From: an uncultured delta proteobacterium
GTDB taxonomy: Bacteria > Desulfobacterota > Desulfobaccia > Desulfobaccales > 0-14-0-80-60-11
Direction: 5' to 3'
Assembly (NCBI GenBank): GCA_963773285.1
Contig: CAVZAM010000006.1
Span: 25,786-89,785 of the forward strand
DNA: 64,000 bases
The notes under the pieces are model-generated. The model did no database searches and was not told where the DNA came from. It saw only the letters and a list, made by a program, of their open reading frames with translations. Both the position numbers and the translations under genes were made by a program. This document shows, in pieces, positions 8,788 through 20,368 of the stretch (position 1 is its first letter; the number at the start of each line of letters is the position of its first letter).

Positions 8788-9051
8788 TTACGCAACCTTT
8801 TTCGGTTTGCAACTTTTCTTTTTGACCACGGGTTTCTTGCAGGTTTTATGGGTCTTTTTGTGTGCTACTTTCTTCTTGCAGCTCTTTTTCTCGGGCGCCG
8901 GCAGGTTTTCAGCCGGGGCCGAGGGCGCCGGAGATTCCATCTGCGGCGGCGTGAAAGATTCTGGAGCCTTTTCCTCTTTCTGAGCCAGGGCAGTTCCCTG
9001 CAGGCTCAGGGCAAACAGACCGGCGACAACCCAAACTACTCCCCTCTTCAT
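8788..9051 (-). CDS. secreted Lys-rich, three-Cys small protein (paralog B)
   Basis: A strong RBS (GGGGGAGGAAAAAC) precedes the ATG. The signal peptide ends ALA/QK. The C-terminus is KKSCKKKVAHKKTHKTCKKPVVKKKSCKPKKVA. Confidence 0.6.
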   Translation of the reverse strand: MKRGVVWVVAGLFALSLQGTALAQKEEKAPESFTPPQMESPAPSAPAENLPAPEKKSCKKKVAHKKTHKTCKKPVVKKKSCKPKKVA

Positions 9052-9089
9052 GTTTTTCCTCCCCCTGCGAAACGATGAAGTTAATAATA

Positions 9090-9166
9090 TGGTGGCGGTG
9101 CAGGGATTCGAACCCCGGACGCTGCGGATATGAGCCGCATGCTCTAACCAACTGAGCTACACCGCC
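9090..9166 (-). tRNA. tRNA-Met (anticodon CAU; elongator type, or possibly tRNA-Ile2 if lysidinylated)
   Basis: Hand-folded cloverleaf: acceptor GGCGGTG/CACCGCC, D arm GCTCAGTTGGTTAGAGC, anticodon loop CTCATAT, T arm CGGGGTTCGAATCCCTG, encoded CCA. Confidence 0.9.
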
Positions 9167-9176
9167 GGTTTTTTGA

Positions 9177-9205
9177 AATATATTCCTCTAGGTACGTTCT
9201 GTCAA
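9177..9205 (-). promoter_or_regulatory. sigma70-type promoter for tRNA-Met
   Basis: On the minus strand TTGACA (9205-9200), a 17-nt spacer and TATATT (9182-9177) end 10 nt before the tRNA 5' end. Confidence 0.55.
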
Positions 9206-9424
9206 ACAAATTCCTGGGCGTGAGGGCCAGGCAGGGCTTCTCTTTCCGCGGCGAAGAGGCGGCAGCCACCAGGTGAAAAAGGCCGGGCGGGAGACTTACG
9301 TGAAATTAAGGCGTTAACGTTACCGGCCTGGGCCCTTCTAATTGGGTAAGACTGCCCCGGCCAAAATGTTTCCGGGGCCTAACTCAAGCTTCGGTTCAGA
9401 TAACCGGAGGTCAGGTGGTTCACT

Positions 9425-11900
9425 ATGGTTGCATGGCTCAAATCGACGGGAGTGCGGAACATCTTCACCGCCAGGCTCCGCACCGGACTTGGCTTTTTGG
9501 CGGTCATACTGGCTTGCCTGTCAGTCCTGGCGTTTAAACCCATGACGCCAGGGGCTTTGTCCGAAAGTGCGGACCAAGAGGACAAGACCCTGTCCCCGTA
9601 TTTTGTGGTGATGAGCGATGACCCAGCAACCGACGCCCTGCCTTTAAAGAGCACGACGGCGGCGGTGAAGATCGCCGGGAAGGTGGCGGACGTCACGGTT
9701 ACCCAGGTATACCGGAACGAGGGCAAAAAGGCCCTGGAAGCCGTCTATGTTTTCCCCGCCTCCACCCGGGCCGCAGTCCATGCCCTGCGCATGACCGTGG
9801 GGGAGCGCATCATCGAGGCCGACATCATGGAGCGCCAGAAGGCCCGTGAGACCTACGAGGATGCTAAAAAAGCGGGCCAGACCACGACACTTCTCGAGCA
9901 GCAGCGCCCCAATGTCTTTCAGATGAACGTGGCCAATATTCTCCCCGGGGACGAGGTCAAGGTGGAACTCAAGTACCTGGAGCTGGTGCGGGCGGAGGAC
10001 AAGGTCTACGAGTTTGTCTATCCCACGGTGGTGGGGCCGCGCTATGCCAACCAGCCGGCGGCCGGGGCTCCGGACACGGAAAAGTGGGTGGCCAGCCCCT
10101 ATCTCCATGAGGGCCAGGCCCCGCCCTACAGCTTCGGTCTGAGCGCGGAGGTCCGGGGGGGCGTGCCCCTGGCCAAACTGGCCAGCCCCAGTCATGACAT
10201 CCAGGTAAACTACACCAGTCCCGAGGTTGCCCAGGTGACCCTGAAAGACGACAAAACTGGGGGCAACCGGGATTTCGTGCTGCGCTACGCCCTGGCCGGA
10301 GACAAAGTCGATGCAGGTCTCCTGCTTTATCCGGGGCAGGATGAGAATTTCTTTCTCATGGTCATGGAGCCGCCGGAACGGGTCAAAAAAGAGGCGGCCC
10401 CGCCCCGGGAGTACATCTTTATCGTGGACGTCTCCGGGTCCATGCACGGCTACCCCCTGGAGACCTCCAAGGCCCTCATGAAGGACATCATCACCAGGCT
10501 GCGGCCCCAGGATTTCATGAACATCCTCCTGTTTGAGAGCGGTTCCCAGGTGCTCTCCCAGGACGGGTCGCTGCCCGGCCACGGCGGACAACAAGAAACA
10601 GGCCCTGGAGTTCATCCAGTCCCAGCCGGGAAGCGGCGGCACCGAGATCCTGCCGGCCTTCAAACGGGCCCTGGCCCTGCCCCGGGCCAAGGGAGCTTCC
10701 CGCATCGTCGTGGTGGCCACCGACGGCTATGTTAACGTGGAAGCCGAGCTGTTCGAGCTCATCCGCCAGAACCTGGGGGAGGCCAACCTCTTCCCCTTCG
10801 GGATCGGCACCGCGGTGAACCGCTTCCTCATCGAGGGCATGGCCCGGGCGGGTAGAGGCGAGCCTTTTGTCATCGAGAAGCAGGGGCAAGCCGCCGCCCA
10901 GGCGGCCCGCTTCCAGCGCTACATCGAGACGCCGGTGCTCACCAACATTAAGGTGGCCTTCCCGGGCTTCGAGGCCTATGACGTCGAGCCGTCGGCCCTG
11001 CCGGACCTGTTTGCCCTGCGGCCCCTGACCCTTCTGGGGAAATACCGGGGCACACCCCAGGGAGCGGTGGTGGTCACGGGCCAAACCGCGGCGGGGCCAT
11101 TTCACCGGGAGCTCAAGGTGGAGGCGGCCCAGGCCAGCCCGGATAATGCCGCCTTGAGGTTCCTGTGGGCCCGGGAGCGTATAGCCCGTTTGTCCGATTA
11201 CCAGCACTTTGCCAGGGGCAGTGACGCCGCCCAAATTAAGGAGATCACCGACCTTGGCCTCAAATACACCCTCATGACCGCGTACACTTCTTTTGTGGCG
11301 GTGGACAAGGTCAAGCGGGGCGACGGCACGGTGGAGACCGTGAAGCAGCCCCTGCCCCTCCCCGAAGGCGTCTCCGACCTGGCGGTGGGGGGAGGTGGGC
11401 CTTACGCCGCCAATCTCAAGGCCAGGATGAGCCCGGGCTTTCACGGGGGGTTCGGGATGATGGCCAGCCGGAAGGATATGGCATTGAGTCCGGTACCGCC
11501 CAGCCCCTCCACCGAGCCCGCCTCAGGCCCGGGGGGCTCCGGCCAACCGGAGGCAACCCTCGAAACGCCTGCTGCCCCAACCCTGACGGTGCAGGTCCTG
11601 GAGATAAAAGGTGAGCTCGAGGCCGCCGCGGCCCAACAGACTCTGGAAGCAGGGCTGCCGCAGTTCGAGAAGTGCTATGGCGGCGCCAGGGCCAGGGGGG
11701 TGAAGCTGCCCACCGCGCTGAAACTCCGGGTGACCGTCAGCTCCGAGGGCAAGGTGACCAGGGTGCAGTGGGCTGAAAACGGCCGCCCCGATGCTACCCT
11801 GGGGAAATGCCTGATGGAGGCGGTGCAAGGGATTACCTTCCCGAAGCCGGCCTCGGGAGAGGTGGAATTGACCCTGCAGTTCAGCCTGGCTGGTCAGTAG
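9425..11900 (+). pseudogene. VIT-domain / von Willebrand factor A-domain protein, frame broken by one extra base
   Basis: ORFs 9425..10735 and 10533..11900 are one gene. It has an N-terminal anchor, a VIT region (AAVKIAGKVADVTVTQVYRNEG) and vWA MIDAS FIVDVSGSMHG. Removing one C from CCC at 10574-10576 joins ..FESGSQVLSQDGSLP to ATADNKKQALEFIQ. Confidence 0.8.
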
Positions 11901-11902
11901 AT

Positions 11903-11965
11903 GGCGGGGTAGGGGGCTAAGGGCTAGAGGGCCCTTACCCCTTCCCCCGCACCCCCTCCCCCCAA
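11903..11965 (+). repeat. G/C-tract repeat, copy 3 (left half only)
   Basis: GGCGGGGTAGGGGGCTAAGGGCtagaggGCCCTTACCCCTTCCCCCGCACCCCCTCCCCCC, then the homology stops. Confidence 0.8.
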
Positions 11966-11972
11966 AGGCCCA

Positions 11973-12620
11973 TCAATTAAAGAGATCTGCCAGCTGGGAG
12001 AAGCTGCTGCAGGTGTAGTCCGGCTCCAGGGCGGCAAGGGCCCCGGGTTCGCCGTAGCCAGAGGTCAGGGCCACGGTGCGGGCCCCGGCCCCCTGGCCTG
12101 TCAGGACGTCCTCGGGCTTGTCCCCCACCATAAAGCTCCGGGCCGGCTCACTGCCCAATTCTTTGATGAGGGCGGCAAGGCCCTCGGGCGAGGGCTTGAG
12201 CACGCCGTAGCTGTCCCCGCCCCGCACCGACTGAAAAAAACCGGCCAGGCCCGTGATCTCCACCACCTGCCGGGTGAGGTCGGCGCGCTTGTTGGATAAT
12301 ACTGCCATTTTAAGGGGGCGAAGCGCTGCCAGGGTCTCAGTCACCCCCGGGTAGGCGCGGCTTTGATCGCCCAGGTGGCGGGAATAATACTCCAGATAAA
12401 GGGCCAGGGCCTGGTCAAACAGGTCCTGGTGGTCCGGCCCCAGAAACCGCCGCACGTAATTCTTTTCCCCGGCGCCGATCATCTTTTTGTGGGCCTCGGG
12501 GGGGTGCTCCGGGAGACCCAAACGGCGCAGGGCATGGTTGGCCGCGGTGGCCAGGTCCGGGAGGGAGTCCACCAGTGTGCCGTCCAGGTCAAAGACAATC
12601 AGGTCGAGGTCTCGGGTCAT
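11973..12620 (-). CDS. gph: HAD-superfamily hydrolase, phosphoglycolate phosphatase-like
   Basis: An internal ATG at 12620 gives MTRDLDLIVFDLDGTLVDS (HAD motif I); later motifs are SNK and GDKPEDV. Confidence 0.8.
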   Translation of the reverse strand: MTRDLDLIVFDLDGTLVDSLPDLATAANHALRRLGLPEHPPEAHKKMIGAGEKNYVRRFLGPDHQDLFDQALALYLEYYSRHLGDQSRAYPGVTETLAALRPLKMAVLSNKRADLTRQVVEITGLAGFFQSVRGGDSYGVLKPSPEGLAALIKELGSEPARSFMVGDKPEDVLTGQGAGARTVALTSGYGEPGALAALEPDYTCSSFSQLADLFN

Positions 12621-12637
12621 GGCAGTAGCTTTACCTT

Positions 12638-13642
12638 TTAGGTGCTGGGGCGTTCGGTCGCCCTTAATTCTGGACAATGCCGCCGGTTCTTTTGCAATTC
12701 CCGGCAACCGGGGAGGCCGCCCAGCCCCTCGGCCTCGCTGACGGCGTTTAAAATGGCGGCTTCCAGGGCAGCCTGGGCTAAAAGTCCCACGACGTGGAGG
12801 TCCACGCTCACCTCAGGGTGGGCCAGGACAAAGACCATGTCGCCGTCAAACAGGGTGTGCACCGGGCGGATGGTGCGGGCCAGGCCGTTTTGCCCCATCT
12901 GGGCGACTTTTTGGGCCTGCTCCCGGGTCAGGCGGGCGTTTACGGCCACTACCCCGATGGTGGTGTTGGGCTCCCCGAAGGGCTGCCGCACCATGCCCTG
13001 GCGGATAAGGGCGGCGGAGTCGGCAAATTCCTGGCTGTCCGGGGTGATGCGGGCCCCGGCGACGATGGCGCCGGTGTCAGGATCAACCACATCGCCAAAG
13101 GCATTGACCACGGCCAGGGCCCCCACCAGCAGGCCGTCCGGGCCTTGCAGGCAGGCGCTCCCCAGGCCGCCCTTGGTGGCGTGGCCGATGCCCAGGAGTT
13201 TGCCCACGCTGGCCCCGGTGCCGGCCCCGAGACTCCCGGCCCCCTGGAAATCGGGGCGGGCCGCCCGGCAGGCGGCGTAGCCCATGGCCTTGTCCGGCCG
13301 GACCCGGCAGCTGCCCACCGACAGGTCGTAAATCACGGCGCTGGGGACGGTGGGCACCCGGGTGACGGTAACATCGAAGCCCCGGCCTCCTTCCTCGAGG
13401 AATTGCATGACGCCGCCGGCGGCATCCAGGCCGAAGGCGCTCCCCCCGGCCAGAAGGACGGCGTTTACCTCTTCCACGATATGCAGCCCCGACAGGGCGT
13501 CCAGCTGGCGGGTGCCGGACGCCGAGCCCCGGATGTCGACACTTCCCACGGTGCCGGGGGGACACAGGATAACGGAACAACCGGTGAGGTTGTTAAAGTC
13601 GCTGGCGTGGCCGACAGCAAAGCCCGGGACGCAGGTGATCAC
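12638..13642 (-). CDS. P1/S58 family peptidase (DmpA-type L-aminopeptidase)
   Basis: 334-aa ORF with GFAVGHASD..TGCSVIL, GSASGTRQ and LLAGGSAFGLDAAGGV. Its GTG start overlaps the upstream stop (GTGA). Confidence 0.85.
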   Translation of the reverse strand: MITCVPGFAVGHASDFNNLTGCSVILCPPGTVGSVDIRGSASGTRQLDALSGLHIVEEVNAVLLAGGSAFGLDAAGGVMQFLEEGGRGFDVTVTRVPTVPSAVIYDLSVGSCRVRPDKAMGYAACRAARPDFQGAGSLGAGTGASVGKLLGIGHATKGGLGSACLQGPDGLLVGALAVVNAFGDVVDPDTGAIVAGARITPDSQEFADSAALIRQGMVRQPFGEPNTTIGVVAVNARLTREQAQKVAQMGQNGLARTIRPVHTLFDGDMVFVLAHPEVSVDLHVVGLLAQAALEAAILNAVSEAEGLGGLPGCRELQKNRRHCPELRATERPST

Positions 13643-15478
13643 GGCTGCACCGCCGCGGGCCGGGTGGCCATCTGCACCTGGCCATTATTAATCGTGAGGA
13701 TGTACATGGTCAGCTCGGCCTGGCGGTCCGATGTAAAGCCCTTGAACCAGGGCGCATCGGCAACGTCCCGGAGGGCCTGGAGCTTCTGGGGCAGCTCGCT
13801 TCTGGACGGCGGCGTTTGACCGGACAGGACCCGGGCCATAAGGCGGACCATCATGAAGCCCTGGGCGGCGAGGTAACCGGGCTCGCTATGGTAGCGCTGG
13901 CGATAGGCGGTGATAAAGCTCTGGACGGCAGGGTTGGCATCCCCCTTGAAAAAGGCGTCCGGGAAAATAAGGCCATTTAGAGCTTGGTCCGCCCCTGTCT
14001 GCCCCTTGGGGTGGGCCAGGTTGCTGCCGAGGAGCTGCACTTTGCCCAGGCCCTGCTTGGCCAGCTGGGTGGCGATGGCGGCCACGGTGCCGGCTTCGTC
14101 AGGGATAAACAGGGCATCCACCCCCGGGGACCCTTCGGAGCCGGACTTCAGGGCGGTAACCAGGGGGCTCAGAGACGTGTCCAAGTCCTGGGAGTCCGGG
14201 GAATAGGTGGCCTGGCTTACCAGGGTGCCGTCCTGCTTGGCCAGCTCATCCTCGAAAACCTGGGCCATGGTGCGTCCGTAAGATGAGTCGGGGGTGAACA
14301 TGGCATAGCGCTTGAGGCCCCGCTCCCCCAGGGTATAGTGCAGGAGAGCCCGGACCTGGAGAAGGGGGGTAAGGAAGACCTGGAAGACCGAGGTCCCGGC
14401 CGTGGTCAAGTCCTGTTTCTGGGAGAGGGCGATGAGAGGCAGGCCGGCAGACTGCGCGGCCCCGGCCGCAGCCTCGGCGTCCGTGGACGTGAGGGGGCCT
14501 AAGAGGGCCACCACCCGGGAGTCCTGGGAGAGTTCCTGGACCGTCTTGGCCGCTTGGGCGGGGTCGTTGGGGCAGTTACGGAACGCCAGCTCGAGCCGGG
14601 TGCCCTGGGCTGCCAGCTCCATGCCCTGCTTCACCTCCTGGCCATATTCCGCGTAGTTGCCGCTCAAGGGCAGGAGACAGCCCACCACCGGGCGGCCGGC
14701 CGGGGAATTGGCGGCGGCCCGGGCTTCTTTGCTGCCGGGGAAGCGTTCCTTGAGGACCTGCAGCCACTTGGCGGCATCCTCGGGGTGCCCGGCTTCCTGG
14801 GCCAAGCGGGCCAGCCGCAGGAGCATGGGCGCAGTGAGGGAGGAATCCCGGTACAGATTGACCAGGGCTTCCAGCTCCCCGGGGGTGGCCTGCTCCACCA
14901 GCCGGGTCTTCAGGTCATCAAACCACTCCTGGTCGCCCGCGGCCAGATCCCGGGAGGCGAGCCTGAGGCGCGTAAAAGCCGGCTCCACGGCCCCTTTTTT
15001 GAGGGCAATTTCCGCCAGCAAGGCGTTGGTGGAGAACCGCAAAGGCTCCGGGAGATCCGAGGCGGTGAGGCTTTCCAGGATTTCGCTGGCGAGCTCATAG
15101 CGGCCCAGCTTGAAGTAGGCCCGGCCGATGCCGTATCGGACCTGATAGTCGGCGCCGGCTGCCGCACCCTGGTTGGCGATGCTCTTGTAGGTGTTGAGGG
15201 AGCCCTGCCAGTCTCCCAGGAGGCCCAGAATTTCCGCCTCCCGGAGGCGGGCCTGGGTGACCCTGATCGCCCTGGGGGTTTTGTTGCACATAGGCGGCAA
15301 AGGTTTGCCAGGCCCGGCGATAATCATGGCGGCGGTAGTAGCTCTCCGCCTCCAGGTAGAGGTTTTCACCCTGGTTTTGTGCCACGGGGGGCCGGGCCGT
15401 GGGGTATTGGGGGGCCCTTCCCTGACAGGCGGACACCAGCATCAGGGCCAGGGGGATGAGAACAAGTTTAAACCGCAT
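13639..15478 (-). pseudogene. TPR-repeat lipoprotein with periplasmic Leu/Ile/Val-binding-type (LpoA-like) domain, frame broken by one extra base
   Basis: ORF 15095..15529 supplies MRFKLVLIPLALMLVSAC (lipobox) and the first TPR. ORF 13639..15369 supplies the rest (VVGCLLPLSGNYAEYGQEVKQGMELA...). Removing one G from G5 at 15274-15278 joins AAYVQQNP to RAIRVTQARLREAE. Confidence 0.75.
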
Positions 15479-15630
15479 GACTGCAACCTTTGGGTGAGAT
15501 GATGAAAGGAGGGAGCCAGAGTGTATCACCCTTGCCCCCTCCTTTTTATATGCTGCCTTTATAGCTGTATATTTAAGTCACGGCGTTGACGGCAAGCCGG
15601 GAGACGACCTTCCGGCCTTCCCCGCCTGAC

Positions 15631-17565
<1,935 letters not shown>

Positions 17566-17577
17566 GAAATCTTCCTC

Positions 17578-18063
17578 CTAAGCTGTTGTATCTATGTTGA
17601 TTTTAATGGGTGATTTTTCGCTGTTCCTGGCAACTACTACCATGGCCGGGCGCAGCAGGCGGTTCTGCAAGAGATACCCCTTCTGCAATTCCTTCAGCAC
17701 CGTTTGATCCTCCACTTCGGGAGCCTCTTCCTCCAGGACGGCATGGTGGAAGGCCGGGTCGAAACGCTCCCCCACGCTGTTGATGGGGGTGACCCCGAAG
17801 CGGCCCAGGACCTTGAGAAAATCCTGCCTCACCAGGTCCAGGCCTTCCATGAGGGCTTCGGGGGCCTCGGCTTGGCGGCCGTGCTCCAGGGCCCGCTCCA
17901 GGTTGTCCAGAACCGGCAGCAACTCCTTCAAAAGGTTGTCGTTGGCGAACTGGCGCAGCTCCGAGACTTCCCGTTCCTGCCGCTTCTTGATATTCTCCAG
18001 TTCAGCCGCCAGCCGCAGGTAGCGGTTGTAATTCTCCTGGGCCTCCGTGGTTTTTTCGGCCAA
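17578..18063 (-). CDS. grpE: nucleotide exchange factor GrpE (true start probably at 18166, masked by a 1-nt indel)
   Basis: The GrpE core is YLRLAAELENIKKR...VLKELQKGY. The track start is a TTG. The ATG at 18166 (RBS GGAGG) comes into frame if one G of G5 at 18135-18139 is removed, adding about 34 aa. Confidence 0.88.
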   Translation of the reverse strand: MAEKTTEAQENYNRYLRLAAELENIKKRQEREVSELRQFANDNLLKELLPVLDNLERALEHGRQAEAPEALMEGLDLVRQDFLKVLGRFGVTPINSVGERFDPAFHHAVLEEEAPEVEDQTVLKELQKGYLLQNRLLRPAMVVVARNSEKSPIKINIDTTA

Positions 18064-18246
18064 GAGGCTTTGCAGCGCTTCGGTGTCCTGGGGGAGCTCC
18101 TCGGCGGGGGCGGCAGTCTCGTCCAGCGCCCTCCGGGGGCTCTCCCGGTTTATATATGCGGTTCATTAGGTTTCGAGAACCTCCCGTTGTACAAAGTTAT
18201 GCTCCCGCGGCGTCATGTCAGCTATCGGCCACTTGCTTAGAATAAA

Positions 18247-19299
18247 TCAATTGTGCCGCTTGGTAAACCACTTGCTGACCAGCAGGGCGGTGTAGTTGAC
18301 GATGGGCACCACCCGGGCATAGTCCATGCGCATGGGTCCTATGACCCCGAGGCTGCCCACCGGCGCCTGGTCGCTCCGGTACGAGGAGGCCACCAGGCTG
18401 AGCTCCATTTCTGGAAAATGCTCATCCGGGCTGATGACGATGTGCACCCCCTGGGCCTTTAGAGCCTGGTCCAGGAGCGTGATGAGGTGGTGCTTCTCCT
18501 CGAAGGCCTTGAAGATCAGCCGGATTTTTTCCACGTCGGCGGCAACTTCGGGGTAGTCCAGGATATGGCTGGTGCCCTCGATGTAAAGCCCCTCGTCGTC
18601 GTCCTCCGATTGCAGGGCTTGACGGCTCAAACTCAGGGCATGGGAGACTACCTTGTCGAAAAGATTCCGGTCTTCCTCCATCTGCCGGAGGACCCGGTAG
18701 CGAGCCTCAGCCAGCGTTAAATTTTGGCAGATTTCATTCAAGTAGCGGCTGAAGCGGTCCAACTGCTCCTGGGTGTAGGAAGTCTCCACCCGCAGAAAAC
18801 GGGTTTGCACCTGTTGGTCCTGGGCCACCAGCAGGCATAAAATACCGTCGCCCCCCAGGGCGATGAGCTGTATGTGCCTGAGGGTCATCCCCTGGGGCCG
18901 GGGACTCAAGACCAAGGCCGGGTGCCCCGAGGCCGTGGACAGGGCCCGGGAGGCCTGGCGAAAGAGCTCCTGGGGATCCACCGCCGAGGGGGAAAAGGCC
19001 TCCTCGATCTGCCGCTGCATGCCTTCGCCCAGGTCCTTGATGGGGAGGATCCGGTCCACGTAATACCGGAATCCCAGCGGGGTGGGGACCCGGCCGGCGG
19101 AGGTGTGGGGCTGCCTGAGGTAACCCCGCTCCTCCAACTCCAGCATCAAATTCCGGATGGTGGCCGCCGACAGGTTGAGCCCGCAGTTCTTCGCCACAAG
19201 GCGCGACCCCACCGGCTCGCCCGTCTGTATATAATGGGCCAACACCGTCCCTAAGACCAGTGTTTCCCGTTCTGCCAAAATTTCCGTACAGTTACCCAT
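18247..19299 (-). CDS. hrcA: heat-inducible transcription repressor HrcA
   Basis: 350-aa ORF with the N-terminal winged helix PVGSRLVAKN..LSAATIRNLMLELEERGYL. Confidence 0.93.
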   Translation of the reverse strand: MGNCTEILAERETLVLGTVLAHYIQTGEPVGSRLVAKNCGLNLSAATIRNLMLELEERGYLRQPHTSAGRVPTPLGFRYYVDRILPIKDLGEGMQRQIEEAFSPSAVDPQELFRQASRALSTASGHPALVLSPRPQGMTLRHIQLIALGGDGILCLLVAQDQQVQTRFLRVETSYTQEQLDRFSRYLNEICQNLTLAEARYRVLRQMEEDRNLFDKVVSHALSLSRQALQSEDDDEGLYIEGTSHILDYPEVAADVEKIRLIFKAFEEKHHLITLLDQALKAQGVHIVISPDEHFPEMELSLVASSYRSDQAPVGSLGVIGPMRMDYARVVPIVNYTALLVSKWFTKRHN

Positions 19300-19314
19300 T
19301 CTGCCGATTCTATT

Positions 19315-19342
19315 AAAATAAGCCTCATTGGCGATTTGTCAA
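19315..19342 (-). promoter_or_regulatory. possible sigma70-type promoter of hrcA-grpE-dnaK
   Basis: On the minus strand TTGACA (19342-19337), a 16-nt spacer and TATTTT (19320-19315). It would give a very short leader with no SD. Confidence 0.35.
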
Positions 19343-19395
19343 GGGAGAGGGAAGGATGTCCGGTGCCCACAGTGGCATGCATGCCGTGGCGCCGG

Positions 19396-20074
19396 CTAGC
19401 CCTGGCAGCGGTGGCGGATACTTTCCCCTTCCACCATGTACACCACCTGTTCGGCAATGTTGGTGGCGTGGTCGCCGGCCCGCTCCAGGTTCCTGACCAC
19501 GGTGATCTGGGCGAGACCGAGGGCCAGAGCCTCCCGGGACCGGCCCATGTATTCGAGGAGTTCCCGGATGAGAGCCCGGTCGAGATAATCAACCTCGTCG
19601 TCCTGCTTGCACACCTCCCGGGCCAGGACCGCGTCCTGGGAGAGGAAGGACCGCAGACTGTCCCGGAGCATGTGCTGCACCATCTTGGTCATGCGGGCCA
19701 GGTCCCGGTGGAGTTCCGTGGCGGGCAGCTCCTCCAGGTTCAGGGCCTCCTCCGCCACGTTCACCGCCAGGTCCCCCAGGCGCTCCAGCTCCACGATGAG
19801 ATGGTCAACGGCCATGACCTGGCGCAGGTCCACGGCCACCGGCTGGTAAAGGGCGATGACCCGCACGCAGGCGTTGTCCAGCTCCTCCTCCAGCTCGTTG
19901 ATGACCGTATCCCCTTTGATAACCTCCCGGGCCAGGTCGGCGTCCCGGGTCATGAGGGCCGTAATGCTGCGGTCGAGAGCGGCTTCGGCCAGGCCGGCCA
20001 TCTTCATGAGCTGCTCTTTTAAGCACCTCGATATCCCGGTGAAACTTGTCCCTGGGCATAAGCTTTTCATCCAT
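19396..20074 (-). CDS. phoU: phosphate signalling regulator PhoU (N-terminal 19 codons shifted by one extra base)
   Basis: The PhoU repeats are intact. ATG at 20074 gives MDEKLMPRDKFHRDIEVLK. Removing one T of T4 at 20017-20020 joins it to EQLMKMAGLAEAALD. Confidence 0.88.
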
Positions 20075-20172
20075 GACGAACCTCACTGGGTTGCGGGAGA
20101 CATTCCTGGAGTCTATCAACTTTGCCTGGTCAGGACAATCTTTAAGGGGGCCTGTTGCCTCGGGGAAAAAGT

Positions 20173-20356
20173 TTGCGGGGGAGGGGGCTAAGGGCCAGAG
20201 GGCCCTTACCCCCTCCCGCACCCCCTCCCCCAATCCCTTGAGTTTTTCGGATCTTCCAGAGCCGTGGCCAACGGCCCCGGCTCTGGAAAAAACTTAAAGG
20301 GTTGGGAGGGGGGTGTGGGGGAGGGCAGGGAGCCACCGCTCCCTGGCCCTCCCCCC
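20173..20356 (+). repeat. G/C-tract modular intergenic repeat, copy 4 (full length)
   Basis: Matches the consensus. The centre hairpin is TTCCAGAGCCG..CGGCTCTGGAA. It lies between the phoU start and the glmS stop. Confidence 0.9.
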
Positions 20357-20368
20357 AAAAAATCTCAC

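Noticed and set aside
9090-9166. tRNA-CAU as the initiator tRNA-fMet
   Set aside because: Position 1-72 is a normal G-C pair, and the anticodon stem lacks the three consecutive G-C pairs of initiators (GG/CC only). It is an elongator Met, or Ile2 if lysidinylated, which sequence alone cannot decide.
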